Position numbers and translations under genes: made by a program
The notes under the pieces: generated by a model
Databases searched by the model: none
What the model was told of the DNA's origin: nothing
The model's input: the letters and a program-made list of their open reading frames with translations, nothing else
Shown: positions 26,001 to 36,998 of the stretch, piece by piece
How the letters are laid out: each line of letters begins with the position of its first letter
Position numbering within the stretch: the stretch's first letter is position 1
NCBI GenBank assembly: GCA_043228905.1
Contig: JBHGNT010000003.1
Location: 12,958,001-13,022,000 of the forward strand
Origin: Azolla caroliniana
Lineage: Eukaryota; Plantae; Polypodiophyta
Direction: 5' to 3'
DNA: 64,000 nucleotides

Positions 26001-27468
26001 ACAGTGCCGAATGAAAATGAAGATGAATGGATCATGGAGATGACCCATTTCCTTAGCATCGGCCTTCCTCCTGACCACCTGACCCTCGACGCTCAAAAAC
26101 AACTAGCTATCTGGAGCCCAAACTTTTGTCTGGTCTCCGACACCCTCTACCACAAAGGCTCGGACGACATCTGGCGCCATGCAATCCGTCAATTCGAGAA
26201 ACATGCAATTTTCTAGGAGGCACATCATGGAATCGTGGGGGGACATTACGCTAGAGAGGCCACGACAAGAAAAATATGGCAAAGTGGTTTATGGTGGCCT
26301 ACAACGAAAAAAGATGCTCATGAATTCTGTCGACAGTGCTATTTGTGTCAACGCATGGGACAATTGACCGAGCAAGCTCGAATGCCGCACCAACCCATTC
26401 TCCTGTTAGAACCATTTCAAAAGTGGGGGTTAGATTTTGTTGGACCTTTCAAACCAGCCGCGGTTCGCACCGGTAACAAATATATAATCGTGGCCACGGC
26501 CTATTGCACAAAATGGATCGAGGCTAAGGCACTACGAGACAATGTGACTGCATCCACAACAAAGTTCGTTTACGAACATCTATGGTGCCGATATGGATGC
26601 CCAATCGAGCTCATTAGTGACCAAGGTGGGCATTTTATAAACCACATAATTCAGAAGCTCACTACACACTACACGGTCGTACATAAGAAAAGTACACCGT
26701 ACTATCCTCAAGCAAACGGATTGGCGGAATCTACTAATAAAATTTTGCAAACAATCCTAAAAAAGATCGTCAATGAGAACCACACCGATTTGGATGAGAA
26801 GCTCCAGAGTGCATTATGGGCGTATCGCACCACATTTAAAACCGTAAAGAATCAAGAGATGGATTCTTGTGAAGCGGAAGAGATGTGAGTTATGTGTGTG
26901 TGTGTATGAGAGAGAGAGTGAGAGAGACAAAGAATAATACACAGAGAATACGCAAGGTAGATTATATTAACAAAGGAGAAAGACTCAACTGAATACAAGG
27001 TGGGAGGAGGGTGCTTTATGTAGTCACCCTCTCTCTTCATTAACTACAAGCCTCATGGAGCATGCGGAATGTGAAAGCTCATAAGTTATGTGTCATAGAA
27101 TATGATTCTATGACTCATACTAAATGCTAGAATACAAAGTGGTGACATAATGGTGACTCTTGACCGTTGGAGTGTCTCTTCACTCTCAAGGTGATTTCAC
27201 ACACTAGACCAAGTTGAGCTTGATTCTCAACACGCCCCCTTAAGCTCAAGTTGGGTCGGTTTCAGACGGTATCTGAAATCCGCTTCAACTCGCGTTCTGG
27301 AGTCCGCATCGACTCGTGTAAACTTGCATTTATGCGGAGTTGCGGAATCCGTGCTCCAGCTTACGTTGTAGTTGCGAAGTCTGTGCTTCGGCTTGCGTCT
27401 TTCTTCGCGGCTTTGTTGCGTGGTTGCGGAATTCACGCATTATTGTGTAGTGTCTTCAGTACGCCCCC

Positions 27469-30400
27469 TCAAGCTTGGAGGTCAGGGATCGTCAATCCGA
27501 GATCGGTCATGAATTGACATAGCTTGTCGGCTCCTAAGGCTTTAGTGAAGATGTCAGCCGTTTGAAGATTGGTGCTAATGTGTTGTAGGTCGACATCGCC
27601 AGCCAAAACGCGCTCTCGGATGAAGTGATAGTGCACTTCGATGTGATTTGTCCGCGCGTGGAACACTTGGTTCCGAGCCAGATAAATATTGCTCATGTTG
27701 TCGCGGTAAAGGGGAGTCGGATCCGTGATGGGAACGCCCAAATCCTTCAAAATTCTCTTAAGCCATACGACTTCATATGCAGCTACGGCTGTGCCCATAT
27801 ATTCCGCCTCCGTACTCGAAAGAGCGACGGTAGGCTGCTTCTTGCTACTCCAGGATATTGCTCCGCTGCCGAGGGAGAAAACAAATCCGGAGGTTGATCT
27901 TCTATCAGCTTTGTAGCCAGCCCAATCGGCATCTGTGTACCCCTCGAGTTGTATTGGCATCGCGGTCTTGTAGAGGATGCCGCAATCCATTGTGCCACTC
28001 ACGTAGCGTAGAACTCGCTTAGCGCAATCCAAGTGAGTATGACACGGTGTTTGCATGAATTGGCTAAGAAGACCGACCGGATAACTGAGATCGAGTCGAG
28101 TGATTGTGAGGTAGATGAGACTCCCGATGAGTTGTCGATACTTAGTCGGCTCACACGCTTTGGTGCCGGAGTTCGCATCTAGTTTGAGATTACAATCGAG
28201 CGGGGTTGCCACAGATTTGCACTCAGCCATCCCGAACTTGTATAACAAGTTGAGGATGTAGTGCCAATGAGAGATCATGATTCCGGCCGGAGTTCGAATT
28301 ACCTCGATGTTGAGGAAGTAGTGGAGCTTCTTCATGTCTGTCATCTCAAACTTGTCGGAAAGGAGGAATTTGACCTTACTGATTTCGACGAGATGCTCAC
28401 CTCCAATGACTAGGTCATCCACATATAAGATGATGACGATCGGACTTGCGGAATCGCTTCGTATGTAGAGGGAGTTGTCCGATTTTGACATACGGAAGCC
28501 GATTTGATGAAGATATTGCGTTATCCTCGAATGCCAAGCACGCGGTGCTTGCTTGAGGCCATAGAGTGGCTTCTTGAGTCGGCATACAACTTTCGGATGG
28601 GTGCTCGAGTTGAAGCCGGGTGGTTGTATCATGTACACCTCCTCTTCTAATTCTCCTTGTAGAAACGCGTTCTTGACGTCCATTTGATGGAGGTGCCACC
28701 CTTTCGCCGTGGCAATCGCAATTATGGTCCACGCCGTCGTCATCTTTGCCACTGGAGCAAAGGTCTCTTCGTAGTCGACACCATGCGTCTGAGCGTATCC
28801 TTTTGCTACGAGTCAAGCTTTGTAGCGGTTTACGGAGCCATCGGCGTTATACTTCACCTTGTAGATCCATCTGCATCCGATCGCCTTTTTGTGTGGTGAG
28901 GTGGGAACGAGATCCCACATCTCGTTCTTCCGTAGTGCCTGCATCTCCTCGTTCATTGCTTCGATCCATCGCGGGTCCCTCGCGGCTTCTGGAAAGGTTT
29001 CCGGCTCCCGTACTATCGCTACCTTCATCATAAAGACGTAATGGTACGCCATATAATCGTTGTAGCCGAATCAGCTTACGGGGTTCTTTTCACGAGTGGA
29101 TCGGCGGAGCTTTTCATTTGTAGAGATGAGGGCTTTATTGGCTCCGATTGGTACCTCGAAACCGCCGAACTCACTATCGAGTGAGTGAGTCGACTCATCG
29201 TTATTGAAGCGATCGTCTTCATATTCCAACATTTTCGCCTTGGCTTTGTCCATCTTTAGGCTAGGCCGTGATGTGCTTTGATCGCTCAAAGGCTCTTGTG
29301 GTCCGCTCAATCGGGTCGTGATCGGACTTTCTTCGAATATGCGCATAAGGCGATCTTCATCCTCGATCTCTTGTTCAACGAATTCCGGGTCGAGCGGATT
29401 CGGAGTTGGAGTTGTCTCTGGTGCGTACCAGGATGCAGACTCGTCAAAAACGACGTCTTAACTTACTCGAGATTTTCGAGTTGAGAGGTTGTAGCACCTG
29501 TACCCCTTTTGCTCCAATGAGTATCCTACGAGGATACATTTCTCCGACTTCGGGTCAAGCTTCTGACGCTTCTTGTCGGGGATGTGCACGTACGCTATCA
29601 TGCCGAATATCTGGATGTGTGATAAATCCGGCTTCCTTCCGAAGTATTTTTCGTGCGGAGTGACCTCGTGCATGCCAGATGTTGTGCACCGGTTCATTAG
29701 GTAGACGGCCGTATTTGCAGCTTCGGCCCAATATGACTTGGGCATATGCTTCTCGTTCATCATGGCCCGTGCTACTTCGAGGATGTGCCGATTTTTGCGC
29801 TCGGCTACTCCATTTTGTTGCGGAGTGTGTCGGCAAGTGAATTCTCGTCGAATTCCTTCCTTTCGGAGGTACGCCGTGAAATCGTCCAAGAAGTACTCCT
29901 TGCCGCCATCCGATCGAAGGCATCATACATGTCGGCCCGTGGCTTTCTCGACTTCATTCTTGAAATTTTGGAAGTGTCTGAACACTTCACTCTTTTGCTG
30001 CATCGGGTAGATCCAAGTGTGCCTAGAGAAGTCGTCGATGAAGAGCACATAATATCGGCATCCACCGAATGTAGCCGTCTGCACCGGCTCCCATACGTCG
30101 GAATGGACTACGTCGAGTAGACCTTTGCTCACGTTCCGCTCTTTTGGGAATGGGTGGCGGTGTTGCTTGCCGAATTGGCACACTTCGCATACACCTTCAA
30201 TCTCCTTCTCTTTGAATGTTGGGAGTCCGATGATGACTCCTTTCGATTTCATTGCTTTGAGTTTGTTGAGATTGATGTGGCCGATTCACTTGTGCCATAG
30301 CTCTACGTTGGAGTCAGCTTTCGTGTTTTTCGCGAACATGGCGGATTTCATCTCACGTGAATCGAGAATGAACATCCAGCCCTCTCTTCGTCCGTGTGCG

Positions 30401-31785
30401 ATGAGTCAGCCCTCTTTTTCGATGAAGCAACCGCCTTGATTAAATCGAACTTGCATCCCTTGCTCTACAATTTGGCCGACAAAGACCAAATTCTTCGTAA
30501 TGGTCGGTACATGCAAGACATTTTTAATGTAATTTTGCTTACCTTCTTTTCCGAACGGAACATTGCCAATGTGCCGAATTGGGTACGTAGTGTCGTCTCT
30601 GGTTTTGACATAGCCGGGTCGGTCGGGCTCTCGAAGTTCTCGGAACCATTCTTGATGCAATGTCATATGGTTCGAGGCACCGGAATCGACGAACGATACA
30701 TCTTCCGGACCGGACACACTAGTTGAGATAGTGGCCGACATAGAGTTTGCTCTATGTTTCATCATGAACATTCTGCCACGGTCGGAATTGTGCGCATACA
30801 TTCTGCCACAATCTTCGTAATCGGAGTTGTGCCCATACATTTCACCACGGTCGGAGTTGTGTGCATACATTCCGCCACGATCTTCGTAGTCGGAGTTGTT
30901 TGTGTAATTTGTGAGTTGTCGGCTTGTGGAAGCCGATTCACGCATCTTCTTTCGGCACTCTTCTTCGTGGTGGCCAAGCTTTCCACAATATTCTCATTCC
31001 GTTGCGTTTTGACGGCTCGGGCCAGAGTGGAAGCTCCCCTTTCTTGCGAAGGTTCCTCGTTGGCCTCCGTTTTGCGGCCGAAATTGGGAGTTGTTGTCGT
31101 AGGTCGGACCTTGTCCGCCTTGTCCTTGGCCGAATCGGCCTCTCGCTCGTCCGCGTCCTCTTCCTCCATTAGAGTGCGTGTAGAGCATGTGTCCTTCCGA
31201 CTCATTGCTCCTTGTACGCACGTGGTTTTCTTCGACCAATAACATTGATTGGAGCTCGAAGGAGGGAGATTTCTCTCGTGCTAGAACGGCGGTTCGCATC
31301 GCGCCGAACCGTGGTGCGAGGCCACCGAGGCATATTTGCACCATCTCATCATCATCTATACTTACGCTTATTGAGCCGAGCGAGTCACAAAGCTCCTTGA
31401 TCTTCAAGGTGTATGTCGTGATGGACATATCCCTTTGTTGAATGTTGTTCAACTCTTGGCGGAGTTGAAGCTTCCTCACAGTCGTGTTGGCGGCGAAAAT
31501 CTTTCGTAGATTTTCCCAGGCTTCCTTCGGCGTCTTGGCTTCTTGAATGTAACCGAGCATGTGGTCATGAACACATGTTGCCAAACAATACATCACGCAG
31601 CTTGCGGCTTGCTCCCATGTTGCGTATCCGGGAGCCGCTTCGGCGGGTCGGTCTTCATGCACTCCTTTGATGTAGCTCCAATAGCCTTGTCCGGCAAGGT
31701 ATTGGTGCATCTCGTACTCCCAAGATGCGAAGTTGTTTCGATCCAACTTCTCGGTAGGGAGAGCTCTCCCCATTTGAGTATTCAT
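27469..31785 (-). pseudogene. pol: Copia gag-pol, disrupted
   Basis: ORFs 30994-31785, 30406-30945, 29923-30252, 29458-29889, 28813-29052, 27469-28752. Confidence 0.93.
30770..30900. repeat. In-frame tandem repeat in the gag-PR linker (YAHNSD/NSDYED units)
   Basis: NSDYEDRGGMYAHNSDRGEMYGHNSDYEDCGRMYAHNSDRGRM. Confidence 0.8.
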
Positions 31786-33057
31786 TATGTCAATTCTTCT
31801 TCTTCTTCTTCTCTCTTCGAATGCGAGCTATGTAGCGAAGCTACGATAGCTATGAGCCGATTCTTGGTCGTCGACGTAGAGAACAACACACAATCACGAT
31901 GAGGCAAATGGGCTTGATCGAGCTACCAAATTGCTCTGATACCATGTAAAGAATCAAGAGATGGATTCTTGTGAAGCGGAAGAGATGTGAGTTATGTGTG
32001 TGTGTGTGTAAGAGAGAGAGAGAGAGAGAGAGAGTGAAAACCCGAGAATACGCAAGGTAAAAGTATATTGACAAAGGAGAAAGACTTAACATTATACAAG
32101 GTGGGAGGAGGGTGCTTTATGTAGTCACCCTCTCTCTTCATTAACTACAAGCCTCATGGAGCATGGGGAATGTGAAAGCTCATAAGTTATGTGTCATAGA
32201 ATATGATTCTATGACTTATACTAAATGCTAGAATACAAAGTGGTGACATAATGGTGACTCTTGACCGTTGGAGTGTCTCTTCACTCTCAAGGTGAGTTCA
32301 CACACTAGACCAAGTTGAGCTTGATTCTCAACAACTAGCATTCAATCTACACCCTTTCAGATGTCCTTTGGTTTGGAAGCAGTCATGCCGATCAAGTTCC
32401 AAGTTCCGAGTACAAGTTAAGGAAAGGCTACCCGAGGCCCAATCAGAGCAATATCGGCTCGAACAACTCCTGGAACTTGGCGAACATCGAGTGGCCAGCA
32501 TGGCTCAACTAGAACAACGTCAACGACAACGCAAAGCCTTTGTCGATTGTCACCAGAAAGGTACGGAGAAAGCACTTACCATCGGCAAACTGGTATTGGT
32601 CTTCCAAACACGACTCGGTGCTATGCCAGGGAAATTACGATTTCGATGGACAAGCACCTTCTAGATAATTGACGAGTTTAACGGCACATTCCAACTCGGC
32701 ACACTTGCCGGAGACATCGTGAAACGCTAGGTAAATGAATTCCGACTTCGACCTTACCAAGGGAATACCCGAGATAATCCCTTTGTTAAGTCTCATGGCA
32801 CAAACTAGTTCACGGACGACGCCACGAAGGAGGCCATGTGCCCCCATCGGTAAAATAATGACCTACCCACCAAACTTATATATTAGGAATAGTTTTAGCA
32901 TTTAATTTAGCCTTACCTAAACTACCTAACAAATCACCCCAAATCACAACATTTTCTTAGGTGCACAAACTAGTCACCTTCACATTAAAGTAGAATATTT
33001 AAGGAACATGCACACCAGGCATAGCACTCCTGTGACGCGTGGCCATAATACCTTATT

Positions 33058-34164
33058 ATGGCAGCCACAACAAACAATCTAAAGGATCTTCTCCCTACAC
33101 AAAACCCTAGGCGGTCACATAAAAGAAACTACCCCACACACAATGCGCCCACTCACACAAAATCCTTCTTGCCTTCACAGCCTTCAAGCTCCCAAGCTCT
33201 CTCTCGTTCTCATCGCTCCCGCAAACAGGCCTTCTCTCGCCCTCGTAGCCCCTACACAAAACAACAGTTTCCTCCTCATCAATCTTCTTCCATCTCTCTG
33301 TCTCGCCCTCATCTCATCGCTTCCCCCTACGCTCCCTATCAACAAACCTTCGAGTCCACCATGCCTCTCTCAGCATTGTAGGAAACCCGTTCTTGGCAAC
33401 AACAACGAGGATTGGGCGGCTACTTATGGGTCATCGACGCCCCACCGCACCCTAACGCCCAAGCAATAGCACGCAGAATCCACCCTGACACAGTAACCAA
33501 CAACATGATTCACGCTGCTTTGGACCTTACACGAGGCGAAGAACATGAGGTCGAGATTCCTCCTCACACGACCCTCAAGGAATACTTTGGGATGTATTCA
33601 ATGTCGGGAAAAGCTTACTGCACTTACGGAGGACCAAACAAGTCTTTTGGGGAGATCGCCCGAATTTTGATGGATACAAATCCCACGAGTATGCCACATA
33701 ATAAGGTTGCCATCATCATTAGAGCATACGAAGGCGACAAAATCGATTGGGGAATCATCACCGGTGAAGGAGTCCGGGCAGCACCGGAGTCTTTTCAATC
33801 TGGTAAGTGATTGCTACCTATGATGAATCATTACCTAACAGTCCTCTACCCACCTCCTTCGTTTTCCCCTCGTCGCATCCTTACCTCTCCACCATCACCA
33901 CGGAAACAACGGGAGAAGATTTTGGCGTTAACCCAAGAAGAATGGGAAGACCCCTCGCCCTCTCCACCTCCCTCGGTCGTTCGGAATCCTACTCCCAGCT
34001 CGGCACTACCCCCACCAAAAACACAGAAGCAACGGGTGTTACTAGTGACCCGTGTCGAATGGGAGGAGGCCAAGGAGCCCATCACTGAGGATGTCACCAT
34101 ACGACAAAAGACACCAAGGACATCGATGCCCTCTCCACAACCAAGCCCACGCCCCACAAACTAG
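33058..34164 (+). pseudogene. Extra sense ORF downstream of Gypsy pol (unknown function)
   Basis: ORFs 33058-33381, 33412-33810 and 33811-34164; homologous to the split ORF at 61616-49600. Confidence 0.75.
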
Positions 34165-34630
34165 CAACCCTCGGGCATATGGCAACAAAAGAGGAAACAA
34201 GCCGAGGAGCCAACACCACAAGCCCTAGACTCACAGGATCTGCCGAAAATGAAACGATGCATCAATCACGAGTGGACTACAAAAACTGACGGGACCCAAC
34301 ATTAGAAATCAAAGGAGGCTAGCCTGACCTCCACGACCATGGTACCAGTAGAGTCATGGCTCCAAGTAGGTAGGATCGAGCATGGAAAAACCACGCAGAT
34401 ATCAAAGGACGAAGTCCTCGGTTACAAAGACCTCCCCGTAGAGGCATACGAGTTTAGAGCACTACTTCGACTGGGCACAACATATGAGTTGGATATCCTC
34501 GTGCGCGCCCAAGTAGCCGTTGCCGCTCCTATGGTCCAGGAGCACGCGGAAATAAAGATGATCCAACGCACTGTCGCGAAGTTTCGCGCACGTGTGTTAC
34601 TTGGGCGGGACCACGGGGGTCTCGAACTAG

Positions 34631-35079
34631 TGTTGAGAGACAAGCTCAACATCGTCCAGATCGGCTGAAGAAGCCGAGGACCGGATCAGTTGGACCGATC
34701 GGTTAGGCCGAGTGCCTAAACCGGTACGCAGACCGGTGCGTAGGTAGGGCCGGATCGGTGCGTAAACCGGGAGGCCGTTAGGAAAGATATTCCGTGAGGA
34801 ATATGTTTGGGAGTTAGTGTAGGAGCTCTCAATGAGCATTGAAGTACTATCAGTACTTCTGTTAGTCCTTCTTGGACTTGTATAAAAGTGTTCACTGAAC
34901 ACACATATGTATAAGAGTCGAAAATAGAGTGTTGAATATACTTCTTGTGTTCCCTCTCTCTCACTCTCTCTCTTTCTGTCTCTCCCGCGTATACTGCGTA
35001 AGCTCAAGCTCTCCATTAAACCTGAGTTTTCTTCCTTCTGTTCGGTCTTCATACTTGCTTCCGCACGGTACTTTTTACA
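34631..35079 (+). mobile_element. Copia solo LTR (449 bp), TSD ACTAG
   Basis: TGTTGAGAGACAAG...TTTTACA, with termini matching the LTRs at 1-31 and 26843-27232. ACTAG at 34626-34630 and 35080-35084. Confidence 0.9.
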
Positions 35080-35304
35080 ACTAGGGTGTACTCAAGGGAT
35101 AGAGAAGACCCGAGGTTTGCTTTACGACAATACTACTTCCCGACCCCTTCCTGAGCAAGGTCTCGTTGCCCTTTGTTTTGTGAGGCCAGTGGCTCTCGTT
35201 GATCACGACTCGTCGACCTTCCGAGATCACCGTACGAGCCAAGTGACCAAACGGGTACAAGCAAGATGAGCACGTAACATGAACACACAAGGGGGACGAT
35301 AACA

Positions 35305-36035
35305 CAAACACGAATGTCTGTACGTCTTTATGAGGAGGAGAGGTGCATGGGCGCGCCCGAATGCTCCCTCGTCACAAGACGTCGAACGTACGAGGAAGAC
35401 ACAAAACACATGCACAAAATGCTCGTATGCCTTTCTGAGGAGGACAGGTGCATGGGCAAGCCCAAATGTTCCCCTCGTCACAAGACGGCCGAATGTACGA
35501 GGAAGACACAAACACACACACAAATGCTCATACGCCTTTATGAGGAGGAGAGGTGCATGGGCATGCCCGAACGGTCCCCTCGTCACAAGACGGCCGAACG
35601 TACAAGGAAGACACAAACACACACACAAATGCTCGTACGCCTTTATGAGGAGGAGAGGTGCATGGGCAAGCCCGAACAGTCCCCTCGTCACAAGACGGCC
35701 GAACGTACAAGGAAGACACAAACACACACTCAAAATGCTCGTATGCCTTTATGAGGAGGAGAGGTACATGGGCAAGCCCGAATGGTCCCCTCGTCACAAG
35801 ACGGCCGAACGTACAAGGAAGACACAAACACACATACAAATGCTCGTACGCCTTTATGAGGAGGAGAGGTGCATGGGCAAGCCCGAACGGTCCCCTCGTC
35901 ACAAGACGGCCGAACGTACAAGGAAGACACAAACACACATACAAATGCTCGTACGCCTTTATGAGGAGGAGAGGTGCATGGGCAAGCCCGAACGGTCCCC
36001 TCGTCACAAGACGGCCGAATGTACAAGAAAGACAC
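35305..36035. repeat. 105-bp tandem repeat, 7 units
   Basis: TGAGGAGG anchors at 35331, 35436, 35541, 35646, 35752, 35857, 35962. Confidence 0.95.
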
Positions 36036-36202
36036 GAATAAAGAAAGAAGGAGAGAAAGAAACACGAATGATATTGACCAAAGAGATAAATACGTCTTCG
36101 ATTCTAACGCAAGAGGACCCTTTATAAAATAGGGTTTTGTTTACAATGGCAACTTATACTTAACCACAAGCTAAATCAAAACATAAATATTAAATGCCCT
36201 TA

Positions 36203-36998
36203 GAGACAAGGCAAAACCGAACACGGCGAAGATGAACACACGAGCACCACCAAAATGCCAATCCCAACGAACCACGACCACCCGAATGGCGAGCACACGG
36301 GCTCGCAACAACGAACGGGGCGGAGCAATGTCGAACCAATGAAGCTTGGGCTCACGAGCACTTCGAGTGCCGACACGAATAAGACGAGCACGTGGCGATG
36401 GGGGGATGAACGGGTATGAGATGAAGAGAAGTGGTGAATAAGGAGATGAAGAGCTTCGAAGGAAAATTGGCGATAGTCTCCTCCTCCCAAAACGTCCTCC
36501 CGAATGAGCCCCCCTCGACCTCCTTTTATAGGAAAAAAAGAAGGGGGGGTCTCCAAATTAGTCTTCAATGAAAAAGGAATAAAAGTCCTTAAATCACGCT
36601 GAGACAAGGCAAAACCGAACACGGCGAAGATGAACACACGAGCACCACCAAAATGCCAATCCCAATGAACCACGACCACCCGAACGGCGAGCACACGGGC
36701 TCGTAACGACGAACGGGGCGGAACAATGTCGAACCAATGAAGCTTGGGCTCACGAGCACTTCGAGTGCCGACACGAATAAGACAAGCACGTGGCGATGGG
36801 GGGATGAACGGGTATGAGAGGAAGAGAAGTGGTGAATAAGGAGATGAAGAGCTTCGAAGGAAAATTGGCGATAGTCTCCTCCTCCCAAAACGTCCTCCCG
36901 AATGAGCCCCCCTCGAACTCCTTTTATAGGAAAAAAAGAAGGGGGGGTCGCCAAATTAGTCTTCAATGAAAAAGGAATAAAAGTCCTTAAATCACGCT
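36203..36998. repeat. 398-bp tandem duplication, each copy with a minus-strand TATA box
   Basis: 36203-36600 matches 36601-36998. CCTATAAAAGG (minus) at about 36524-36530 and 36922-36928. Confidence 0.93.

Larger units (their letters stand above)
26843..32333 (-). mobile_element. Full-length Copia element with ~390-bp LTRs
   Basis: LTRs 26843-27232 and 31945-32333. Met PBS 31933-31944 directly abuts the LTR; PPT 27233-27243. Gag 30994-31785, PR VDSGAS, INT, RT LYVDD, RNase H. The left end is damaged, so the TSD is only partial. Confidence 0.95.
23230..34300 (+). mobile_element. Gypsy element (gag end, PR, RT, RH, INT, extra ORF), interrupted by Copia 26843-32333; LTRs not found
   Basis: [64 protein letters not shown] resumes at 32334 (TSIQSTPF). 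Confidence 0.9.

Noticed and set aside
35305-36035. 105-bp array as CRISPR or hammerhead retrozyme
   Set aside because: There are no unique spacers or cas genes. The minus-strand TGACGAG lacks the CUGAUGA/GAAA core arrangement.
35227-36127. Repetitive ORFs up to 265 aa
   Set aside because: Open in several frames on both strands because the unit length is a multiple of 3.
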